A DNA stretch of 63,531 nucleotides, the filler included, from Conidiobolus incongruus B7586 (Eukaryota): the NCBI GenBank assembly GCA_000697335.1. It is 9 parts of 9 records of this genome, joined end to end, with 100 filler letters (N's around TTAATTAATTAA, not from the genome) between each part and the next. Parts side by side here need not be neighbours in the genome. Positions count along the whole stretch, not along the records: positions 51,483 to 59,235 come from JNEM01006393.1; positions 59,336 to 61,056 come from JNEM01006399.1; positions 61,157 to 63,531 come from JNEM01006415.1; 6 more parts are not named here. One strand, written 5' to 3'. The notes below the pieces were generated by a model. It ran no database searches. It saw nothing but the letters and a program-made list of their open reading frames with translations, and was not told the DNA's origin. Position 1 is the stretch's first letter. Each line of letters opens with the position of its first letter. Positions 53,830 through 63,531 of this stretch are shown in pieces. The position numbers and the translations under genes are program-made.

Positions 53830-55752
53830 CTAAGAGTGTTTTCGATGTCGAATTTCACTAATTGTAACATATTTTGATAGCATTTTCTTATGCTGAGGAT
53901 TAAATAAGCACCAAAAGTAAGCTGATTGCTGTTCCAATAAAAGATCAATAGGCCGGTGATGAAAGCATATTGGGATGGATTTTAGCAGAGATTTTAAAGG
54001 TAAGGGAATGATTGCTTTGAAAACTTGCTGTAAGAATTCATATTCCGATATTTTTGTCTGTAATTCAGTTTTCAAATCCTTTTCATTATCATGAGCGTCT
54101 GATCTGTTTAGTTGACTTGATTTGGACGAATTGCTGATGGATTTCAAATTTAAGATAGCCTGATCAAGTAATTTGTAAATAGACTGAGCACAAGCCCAAC
54201 CGATAAAAAGCATGTAATTTCGAACTCCTGATCCAATTAAGCTGAACAAGCTTCCTTCAGCCCAGCAAGATAATATCATTGAAACACAACTTGATGAAAG
54301 CTCCCAAAAGATGCTGTCATCAAGGATAAAGGGGTGTTGAATGGAGCTTGAATTGGAAGCTTGGATTACTTCCAAGTAAGGTGTAGTTAAAAATAAAGTC
54401 ACGAAATGACGATATCTAAAAGCTGTAGAAATCAGGGCGTTTAGCTTGATATTTAATCTTCGATCCTTTATGGTATGATTGAAGTCAAAATCCCATCTCC
54501 TTAATTTACATAAAATTTCATTTAACTCAAGTTGCTGTGGGTCTAAATTTGATCTACTTGGTTTAGAGGCCTGGTTGTATGTATTCCTAAACCTGAGGAT
54601 ATCCAATACGATTGGATCAAGTAAATACGTATATCTTAATATTTCCATTTCGGCTTTCTCCGCAAAGCAACGCAGTCGGTCTTCATAAAATAAGATATTA
54701 GTTACATTTGTAATATCGAGTAGTTTACTTTCAACGGGGATTGCAATCGGCATTCCAGCCAACGAGCTTAAAATACAATTGAAAACTAAGATACACCACA
54801 AAACCAAGGATTGCTCCCATTCAAGATATTGGTTTGAGGGTGGTCCTTCCTTAGAGCAAGAAGGCATTGTCTTAAAAATATCTTCAGAACTCCTATTAAA
54901 AAATGAAGTAAATCCCAATTGGTTGGCCATTGCCCACGCGTCAGATAGGCTCGCATTAATTTTAGAATAATTAGAATTACATAATAGGATAGTGGCTTGT
55001 AGCATGTTCATCGAAGGAATATGTTTTAATTCACCAAATAGCTCAAGTGCCTCGTTAAGATAAGTTTCGCATAGCTCAGCAGGATCCGGAGCGCCTGAAT
55101 AGGGTTCAATATGCAGATAGCCAGTTGCAAGACTTAGAACAACTAGTAAAAGGCACCTGAAAGAAGGGTCATTATCTTTAGTGAGTAGTTGACGAAAGAA
55201 CAGTGTTGGGTGAACAACAAAAAAGAAAGGGTTAAAATAGGTAAAATATAATTTTAATAAATTCCATTGTAATTGATGCTGGTTAATTGGTCTATCTTTA
55301 AAGAGATCCTTACGCTTTTTGCTACTCATAGTCGTAATTCCAAGTGCAGAACCTTTATAAAAGGGTAATTTTTGTACTTCATGAATCTTTAAATTTGGTA
55401 AATGCTGCATTAATATTGAAGAACAAAAAGTATCTGAGTGGGGAATTAATTGATGAAATTTAGATATAAAATCAAAGTTGATATTTTCAATGTATGGACT
55501 GCACGTATCGAATAAAAAACTGTGGAATATGTACTGTTCTCTATTTGAAAGTACTGGCTTATAAATTATTTCATTATTTTGATGATTTTGTTCTTGATGG
55601 TTTTGAGAATGAGGTATGTTGCGGTTGTGTAAATATTGAGAACGTGAGGGTAAATAGAGGGATGTATCAACAATGTTGTCGCGACTGGAATCAGTGAAAG
55701 AGTTATTAAAATTATCAATTTGATCAGGGTGTGAAGGTGAATTAGTATCCAT
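53830..55752 (-). CDS. Fungal-specific transcription factor middle-homology-region (Fungal_trans-like) protein with no visible Zn2Cys6 domain (640 aa)
   Basis: LLKLYFTYFNPFFFVVHPTLF, LLLVVLSLAT, YLNEALELF, PSMNMLQATILL, AWAMANQLG and LVLWCIL follow the MHR pattern. Confidence 0.85.
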   Translation of the reverse strand: MDTNSPSHPDQIDNFNNSFTDSSRDNIVDTSLYLPSRSQYLHNRNIPHSQNHQEQNHQNNEIIYKPVLSNREQYIFHSFLFDTCSPYIENINFDFISKFHQLIPHSDTFCSSILMQHLPNLKIHEVQKLPFYKGSALGITTMSSKKRKDLFKDRPINQHQLQWNLLKLYFTYFNPFFFVVHPTLFFRQLLTKDNDPSFRCLLLVVLSLATGYLHIEPYSGAPDPAELCETYLNEALELFGELKHIPSMNMLQATILLCNSNYSKINASLSDAWAMANQLGFTSFFNRSSEDIFKTMPSCSKEGPPSNQYLEWEQSLVLWCILVFNCILSSLAGMPIAIPVESKLLDITNVTNILFYEDRLRCFAEKAEMEILRYTYLLDPIVLDILRFRNTYNQASKPSRSNLDPQQLELNEILCKLRRWDFDFNHTIKDRRLNIKLNALISTAFRYRHFVTLFLTTPYLEVIQASNSSSIQHPFILDDSIFWELSSSCVSMILSCWAEGSLFSLIGSGVRNYMLFIGWACAQSIYKLLDQAILNLKSISNSSKSSQLNRSDAHDNEKDLKTELQTKISEYEFLQQVFKAIIPLPLKSLLKSIPICFHHRPIDLLLEQQSAYFWCLFNPQHKKMLSKYVTISEIRHRKHS

Positions 55753-57050
55753 ATTGTAAATAAACTAATTGAAAATTAATACATTTCATAAATGGGATAT
55801 GATATTATCCCCCTTATATATGCTAAATTGGATCAATTTCATTTGATTATGGGTGTGTTCTTGATTCAATTGATTGTAAATCTTATTCCTAATTTAGGTT
55901 AATAATGTGTCAGGTATCTAAATTGAATAATGTTCAATTAGTGTATCAATTTCAAAAGTATAATTGAAGTGAATAAACATTGTAATGTTGTCAAGTGGTA
56001 CTAGAATACCAATGATCAAAATAGGATAAAGTTAACGTCTGAATATTTGATGTTTGACTTCAATTTTCAATCTATAAACTAATTTGATTTGATTTGAAAA
56101 ATTACCTAAATATTGATCATTTAATTGTTCTTTATTTGTTTAATGTGATAAGTTAAAAATCTAAATATTAAAAAAATATTATATATTTGACGTTAATTTA
56201 ATATATGAGGTATTAGCAATATATATTTAAGATATTAACATTCACATCATAATAATTTTGAAATTAATATAAATTTTCAATAATTCTTAATTACTGTATA
56301 GAACAAATCAAAAGTGTTAGAGTTATAAATAACCGTAATTTGATATATATCAAACTTATTACTAGCAAAATATAATAATTATAATTACGTATTATATTGG
56401 TATCTAATGCCAAATTAGGCTATTATATATTCATTAATAGAGAAATGCGCCTTAATTAATTTTTTAATATTTATTTTTAAATAATATATTGATCATTTGA
56501 TTTTCTTTTAAATTATATTTTTGTCATATTAAAATTCCTAAAATATATAACTAATGAAAGTTTATAAATTTTAGTATCATAGAGTTATTTTTGTTAAATT
56601 TTAAAAATATATAAATAATGGAATAGTATACTAAAAATCAAAATTTTTTTAAGTTAGACAATTTCACCAAAAAAATATTTGTAGTTTATCAAATAACTTT
56701 AGTATTTTCTAGCCCTGAAACATTAATTTATGAAACAAAATTAATTAATATTAATAAATAAACGTCATCCAATACACTAGTTAATTATTATTGTTTGATC
56801 TGTTTAATTATTCCTTATCAAAAGTAACTTTGAGAAAAGCCATTCTTATCCAAGCTTGATATCCTTGGTTCAGGAGTTTAATTTATTGTAATATGGAAAA
56901 TTATTAAAAAATCAGTTTAATTTGTTTAACTAATTAAAAGTTAATATAACTTCAATTCAAATTTTATTATTTATGAGTGATTCCAAAACAGATAACCTTT
57001 CTTTGTACTGAACAAAATTATCATACAAGTTTAAATTTTAATTTCCAAAT

Positions 57051-57329
57051 TTAATCAATAGTATTGTCAACTACCTCTAAGATCCGCCAATGAGGAGCTG
57101 AAGAATTCACCACGAAGTCATCACATTGATGTATAAGGATTCCCCAACTCATTAGTAGACACAAACGCATTATCCAGCGATTACTTCCTGTAGTTAACCA
57201 AGTTCCTCCCCAGCTAACCATTACACATAGCAGGACAAATGTTAATTTGAATACTGATGTCTGAGGTGACTCTGCGAGGGGAACTTCTTTGAATGTTACA
57301 GGAGATAAAATAGAACGTAACAGTACCAT
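57051..57329 (-). CDS. Small two-TM hypothetical protein (92 aa)
   Basis: ATG-initiated ORF in a GC-richer island with two hydrophobic segments (FKLTFVLLCVMVSWGGTWL; WIMRLCLLMSWGILI). Confidence 0.5.
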   Translation of the reverse strand: MVLLRSILSPVTFKEVPLAESPQTSVFKLTFVLLCVMVSWGGTWLTTGSNRWIMRLCLLMSWGILIHQCDDFVVNSSAPHWRILEVVDNTID

Positions 57330-58012
57330 AATGATAGCTAATTAATGTGAATAAAATATTATAACTCTGAGGAACTTATTTATTAATTATTAGATCTGTT
57401 AAAGGAATGACCAGAATAGCTCATCTAGCTATTCTGATGTGTTCTCTTATACTTCTTTTGGCCTTCTTTGTCTTCTTTGTCTTCTTTGTCCTTTTGTCTT
57501 GTAGTGATTATTTCAAGGGAAGTGGAACTTTAAATGTTCCTATTATATCCTATTTTAGGTAATGTCACGTTGACTCGTGACAAGTATATAAATATATAAG
57601 CTATATTATTGATATCTAATTGAAATTTTATTTGGATAAAATTTAAAACTTTTAATGAAAATTGCATATGATTATTTTCAATCTTAAATTTAATATATTT
57701 GAAAAAATCGAATTCAAAAAATTGACAATAAATAAGAATATCTCACATAGAATACTGCTTATAAGCTTCTATTAATAATTCAAAAACAAAAACAAGCATA
57801 AATATATCTTTGATTCTACATAGATAGTACTATATTTACATTTTTTAACAAGTTATTGGAAAGTAATAACAAAATAGCAATCATTCAAGAACTATGTTAT
57901 TATTTTTCTTAATATTTATTATAATAATTCATTAGTGATTTTTTATATGTGCCAATCTATTCAAATTTGTAGATCAATATGAATATTTATTCAAAATAGC
58001 AAATTTTCAATA

Positions 58013-58349
58013 TATTAACTGGGCTTGGAAAAGCCGTGTTCAAAGTAGTTTAAACAAAAGTGAGAGATCTGGAGAATTCCAGGTAAGTGTTAGGGAGATA
58101 GGAGGCTTATTGGTTTAAGTCAAATAGCTGGGAGGACCCAGATCGAACTCCAATCGTTGAGGATAGCTCTAATTCCGAGTTTTATATAGAGTGAGTTGGG
58201 TAAGGTGATTCATGAGATTCTCTTATGACTTGCATCATGGGCCAATTAAAAGATAGAGCGGGAGCAGATGGTATGCTAGGAGGAAATGACTTTAATATAA
58301 GGTTGATGTAAGAGTACTTGTGTAGAAGAGAGTTACCTGGCTTGTGACA
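58013..58349 (-). mobile_element. Solo LTR, copy 2, abutting a (TA)n run
   Basis: Collinear with 16347-16677 (caggtaagtgttagggagata, ctgggaggacccagatcgaactc, ttttatatagagtgagttgg, gtgaca). Confidence 0.8.
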
Positions 58350-59345
58350 ATATATATATATATATATATACCACAAACAATAAAAAGTAATGATGATTAA
58401 AACATTGATTGAGAATATTAAAATTTTACTCATTCTAATTATATATCAAATGCATTATCCAACAACATCTTTGTTCCAAAATAGCGTATTAATAAGCTTT
58501 AGAATCAATATGATTATCTAATATTATAAGCTTTGATTTAATCTTTCATATCTTGTAATCAATTTAAATCAAATTTATATTTATGTGCTTCAGTTGAAAA
58601 ATTAAATGAATTTGTTTAATTGGAAATTTAATGATTATAAATTTTCAATAATAGTCCCATGCTAAGTTATTGTATTCAAATTGAAAATAAGTTAACTATA
58701 AATAGCTCATTATATTTAGGCTATTAATATCATTGTATTTTCAAAATTAATTTTGAAATTTTAATTTACCACTTTATGTAAAACAATTTTGAATTATTTT
58801 ATTATATGCATAAACTTCACATTACATATCGTGGTATTGAGATTATAATCTTTAATAATCATACATTCAATATTAAAAGATTGCATCTCAATGAAGTCAA
58901 ATAAAACTGAAAATGACCAATTTGGGTAGTAATTTTATATTATTTTTTATTTTTACAAAAAACTAAGTCAATTTGAAAGATATAGGTATAAATAATTCTG
59001 ATACTCTTATCAGTTAGATGACCTTTTTTAAATTATTATATTATTTTAAGTCTTATAATATTAATATTGTAATTTAATTTTAATAGATTTAAACTATTTT
59101 ATTAATATAATTTATTTATTATATAATATATTAGTTTGGATTTGAAATATTAAATTTTTTTAAATTAAAAATAAATAAACATTATAATATATAATATATA
59201 AAAATAAATATATAATATAAAATCAATATTCTTTTNNNNNNNNNNNNNNNNNNNNNNNNNNNNNNNNNNNNNNNNNNNNTTAATTAATTAANNNNNNNNN
59301 NNNNNNNNNNNNNNNNNNNNNNNNNNNNNNNNNNNTTTTTTTTAG

Positions 59346-60881
59346 ATTTAAATATTGATACATTAAGAATAATTTATTATAGTCATAAATCACCTAGTTT
59401 ATTAACAACTATTGATAATTTAACCATTAATCATCTTTTATCTCATTTAAATACATAGGATATAAGTGTTCTTTATAATTATACTGATATCCTATTAATA
59501 TTCCATACTTTAAAAGATATGAATCCATTATTAGGAATAATAGGTAAAGGTTTTGGTTGGACATCATTTAAATTAAATAATAAACCAATCAAGGTATAAA
59601 AATATAATATAATATAATATAATATAATATAATATAATATAATATAATATAATATAATATAATATAATATTAATTTAACTATAAATTATAAAATAGATTT
59701 ATCTAAAGTTAACCCATGTATTAAAAGCTATATCCTCTTAAAGAAGCTGGAAAGTACCAACAACTAGTAAAGGGTTACATTTAAGAAAGTTATCTTTAAC
59801 CAAATTATTTAATTGGTTAAAAGAATTAAATACTAAAGATATTGAAGATAGTTTTAGAAGAGTTAGATTAGAAATTAGAGTTGCAAGTTAAACTTTAACT
59901 GATGCAAAAACCTATATTCAAAATAATAATATATTAAAATTAAATAATATTCCAAATATTCAAATTTTAAAGGTAAATATTATGTTTATTTTATTATAAT
60001 ATCTTAATTTAATTTTCTTTAGATTACAAAAATTGACTTTTTAAATCATTTACAATATTTTTGGAATGCTGCATATAATCAACAATTTTGGATTATTAAA
60101 AATTCATCTAAACTCTCTGTTAAGCATTGTCAAATTTTAATTGATTTATTTAATAATTTTGGATGGAATCCAGGTAATTAGGGAAGGATTAAACCAACTT
60201 TAACAGAAGATAAAGCTTGGTGGTTAAACAAATATATTAATAACAATGATAAAATTATTAATATTAATATTGATAATTCAAATGAAATTTTAATTCAACA
60301 ATTTGATGAATTTAGAGTTAAAGGTTTATTATCATGTCCTAAAGAGTCTTGCAAAGGAAATAAGTTTTGGAAACAATCTAGACCAAATAAGAAACTTAGA
60401 GTTAGATGTACCTTATGTCTTAAAAGTTTTGAATCAGATTTTATTGAAGAATGGTTTGAAGATATTATAAACAGTTTGTTATTTTTATTATTTTTTTTAT
60501 TATTATATTTTAATATTAATAATTAATTATTTATATTTAGATCATGTTATTATTAATAATCCTTTAAAAAATATTAATGATTTACCTTTTAATCATTTTA
60601 TTCAAAATCCTCAAGATGTAGTTAATTCAATCCCTTTGATTCCTACTTCAAATGAATCAAGTGATGTTATTATTCAAGATGAATCTATTGAAGATAAAAT
60701 TACTAAAATGGTTGATTGGTTTAAACCTAAATAAAGAATCAAAGTTAATCATAGGAATTGGCAATGGAGAAAAATCAATGGGACTTTAAGTGGTAGATAT
60801 TTAACTCAAAGTTTAGCAATTAAAGTGATATTAAAAATTCATGGAGAGAATTGGGAAACTGAAATTAAACTAATTAAATAA
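59346..60881 (+). pseudogene. Intron-containing putative Rep_trans-like endonuclease plus C4 zinc ribbon gene, five premature stops, 5' end lost in the gap
   Basis: Exons 59346-59593, 59697-59972, 60023-60473 and 60541-60881 splice in frame via GT-AG introns. Motifs IDTLRI, NT*DISV, KIYLK, RVRLEIRV and CPKESC-x17-CTLC. The gene structure is well supported, while the family call is by motif order only. Confidence 0.65.
59601..59670. repeat. (AATAT)n pentanucleotide microsatellite inside an intron
   Basis: About 14 perfect units within intron 59594-59696. Confidence 0.95.
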
Positions 60882-61156
60882 TTTTATTAATATATATAAA
60901 GTAATAATTTTTTAAATTAATTTTGTTATAAAATTCATTTATTTATATTTTAAATTTTTTTATAGTGGATATATTAATATTTTATTGATTTTTATGTTAT
61001 TAATTCATTTATTTATTATTGTTATCATAATAACATCTTTTAATAAGAACACTTGTNNNNNNNNNNNNNNNNNNNNNNNNNNNNNNNNNNNNNNNNNNNN
61101 TTAATTAATTAANNNNNNNNNNNNNNNNNNNNNNNNNNNNNNNNNNNNNNNNNNNN

Positions 61157-61515
61157 ATTTTTTTTAATCTTAAATAATTTTTCCTAGTAATAAATTATTG
61201 ATTTAGATAATATTTAATTATTAAACACTATTTATAAACTTTAAATAGTTTTAAAAAGTTTATAATTAAGCTTTATTAATATTAAAAGAATTTTTAATTA
61301 TCATTATTTAATTTAAATATAACTATATTAAATAGCATTTTATAAAAAATTAATTTTTTAATCAAAAAAATTATTAAATATATATATATTTTTCAAAACT
61401 CTTCATTTACTTATTTGTTTTATATAATTTTTTTTATTTGAAATTGATACTCTATTTGGAAAAAAACAGAAATTAAAAAATTTCCTAGTTTTTCAATTCT
61501 ATAATAATAATAAAT
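61157..61515 (-). mobile_element. Mariner 5' end fragment, cut by a gap
   Basis: Direct repeat of 62530-62885 (aataaattatt.atttagataata, tttttttatttgaaatt, agaaattaaaaaatttcc). Confidence 0.8.
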
Positions 61516-61562
61516 GTTTTAAAATATTATAAAATTTCAATATAATAATCCTTTAATATTGA

Positions 61563-62882
61563 TAATACTTTGTAATCTAATTAATTAGAATTTTTTGTGA
61601 TTGAAAAAAAATAAATATTTTAATATTTATAAAGTAAAAATAAATATATAATATAAAATTAATAAATTTTTTTATTTCTAATAACCTTTTGCTATATTTT
61701 TGGCAAAGATCTAATACTTAAAAAACAATTCTTTTTATTAAAGACTGAAATTTGATATTTCACAAACTAATTAAATTTTTTTGCAAAAATTTTCTTTCTT
61801 GTAAATTGGTTTTTTAATTGCCTAAAGCAATTATAATCATATAGGTTATAATCTAGGGAATATACTGGATATGGTAATTATTTCCAATTATTTTTAATTA
61901 ATTTAGTATTTTATAACTTTAGATTTATATATTTTGTAATTATCATGTAAAATAATTAGTCTTCTCAAATTATATTGAGAATACCAATTAGAAATAATTA
62001 TATTTAAAAAAGAAATATATAGTTTATTATTAATTGATTTTCCTTTAGAAATTAAATAAAAATACCATATGCCATTATAATCTATTGCAATAATTAACAT
62101 TTGCTTATCAATATAGTGTTTATTTAAAAATATTTGTGAAGGGGGTTGATTTAGCTTAATTCAACACTTTGATTTGTATTTTAACAAAGGATTATACAAA
62201 AGAATCTAAAACTCATCAATTGCAATAATTTACTGTAAAAGCCTTGGTTTTTAGTTATACCTTAGTAAGTTTTGTTTAGCAATAACTACTCTAGCTTTTT
62301 TAAGCTTTAGTTAAATTATAAGGTACCTATTTTATATTTTTATTAATTAATTTTATTTTAAACTTTAATATATATAAAATACTTATGTAACTAATATTAA
62401 AGTGTCCTGATAATTCTCTAGCTGAAATAAAAAGATATTTTTCAATATAATTTTTCATTTTATTAATAATTAAAAAAATAAGAGTTGAAATTAGTTTTTT
62501 AGATTTTGATAGGTTTTGGGTAATTTCTTTTCTAGCTTTAAAGTAATTTACCCAGCAATAAATTATTAATTTAGATAATACTTCATTACCAAAAGCTGCT
62601 TGTAAATTTTAAATGATTTTAGAGGGTTTGTGGTTAAGTTTTATTAATACTAAATAAAAGACTATTGATGGTTATTATTTAGATTAAGTATGATTAAATT
62701 AAATAACTAATTTTAAAAAATAAATTTTTTGATCAATAAAATTATTATATATATATATATATATAATTCAAAACTATTTATTTTCCTATTTATTTTGTAT
62801 ATATTTTTTTATTTGAAATTAATAATATTTTTGAAAAATTAGAAATTAAAAAATTTCCCATATTTTTGATTCCAAGATAATA
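61563..62882 (-). mobile_element. Near full-length (~1.3 kb) mariner DD34D transposon, inactivated
   Basis: AAFGNEVLSKLIIYCWVNYFKA, SARELSGHF, K*VPYNLT, IIAIDEF*ILLYNP, KQMLIIAIDYNGI, GKSINNKLY, IILHDN and PYPVYSLDYNLYDYNCFRQLK. Degenerate ~30-bp TIRs at both ends. Confidence 0.9.
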
Positions 62883-62963
62883 TTAATATTATTCAGATAT
62901 AGCTAAAAACATAAATTAAAAAATAAAGTTAAAATTATAAGTATTATATTTAATAAGATTATT

Positions 62964-63362
62964 TGTAAGCGTAGTGGTAGTTAAACTAATATAGTGCAGA
63001 GGAAGACTTAATATAAAAGTAGTGTGGCGTAGAACATGGTAATATAACGTGGCTGTAGCGTGCAAGTGTAAACAAAGTTTAATTAAGCTTCGAACTAGGA
63101 TGAGTCACCGATATATTAAGATTTATATTAGGTAGTGCCAATATCCTACAATATTGACAGAATATAGTCTCAATCTTAGAAATAGTGTAAAAGTAAAAAT
63201 AGTAAGAATTGAGAGGAAAAAAGAGGAATTTAGTTTATTAGATAATTCAATGCTATTTATACAATTAATTTAGCTATAAAAGTATAAATTAATCATATAA
63301 TTTATAGTTAATTAAATTATATAAAAATATATATAAGAATTTAGAGAACTAGTCTCTTAACA
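62964..63362 (-). mobile_element. 3' LTR (399 bp) of a Ty3/Gypsy chromovirus
   Basis: The minus strand reads TGTTAAG...CTTACA, immediately preceded by the polypurine tract AGGGGAG (63363-63369). Confidence 0.88.
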
Positions 63363-63531
63363 CTCCCCTAGTAGGTCTCTTAGAGGAGACACACTCCCTA
63401 ATTTTTTGCAAATAGGTATGATAGGCTGAGGTATTCTTAATATTTTCTAGAGGTTCCCATGTAGCTTCTTCAATAGGATAACCCATCCATTTTACATAGA
63501 AGTAAGGCTTGTTCCTAATAGATTTGGATCT
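63349..63531 (-). mobile_element. Chromovirus pol C-terminus (chromodomain), runs off the window
   Basis: RSKSIRNKPYFYVKWMGYPIEEATWEPLENIKN matches the chromodomain YxVKWxGY..TWEP consensus. Confidence 0.92.

Noticed and set aside
57412..57500. 10-bp hairpin CAGAATAGCT/AGCTATTCTG and a 9-bp CTTCTTTGT x3 repeat
   Set aside because: Short isolated motifs with no second copy or functional context.
16347..58349. The two similar LTRs as ends of one 42-kb element
   Set aside because: They are clearly diverged, have no shared TSD, no PBS/PPT or gag-pol between them, and enclose housekeeping genes and several gaps.
9847..61156. TTAATTAATTAA palindrome recurring eight times
   Set aside because: It is always centred in a 100-nt N block, so it is an artificial contig linker. 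Adjacency across these gaps is not guaranteed.
62320..62390. Apparent intron in the mariner transposase
   Set aside because: The stretch is AT-decayed coding sequence, collinear with SILYMLKFKLRLINKNIK in the 40 kb copy.

Overview
AT-rich fungal genomic scaffold with short (~50 nt) GT-AG introns. It is made of nine contigs joined by artificial 100-nt N-TTAATTAATTAA-N spacers. The gene families and composition suggest an early-diverging Conidiobolus-like (Entomophthoromycotina) fungus, which is an inference. Intact genes: two Cys-rich GPI-type surface proteins (plus a dead third copy), a short Zn2Cys6 factor, NDC1, ALG2, a PHOSPHO1/2-type HAD phosphatase (plus a pseudogene), tRNA-Arg(ACG), an orphan 7-TM protein, a fungal TF middle-homology-region protein and two orphan ORFs. 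Much of the rest is decayed repeats: a full-length Tc1 (DD34E, IR/DR ends), six pieces of a DD34D mariner, solo LTRs, a chromovirus 3' end, a LINE RT remnant and dead F-box/LRR genes. Two things stand out. (1) An intron-containing, CpG-free, stop-riddled gene at 59.3-60.9 kb has the ordered motifs of a Rep_trans (pT181-type, non-HUH) rolling-circle initiator fused to a zinc ribbon, so it is a candidate new kind of eukaryotic mobile element. (2) The repeats show a RIP-like CpA/TpG and CpG hypermutation signature. All family calls come from motif recognition by eye, not database searches.
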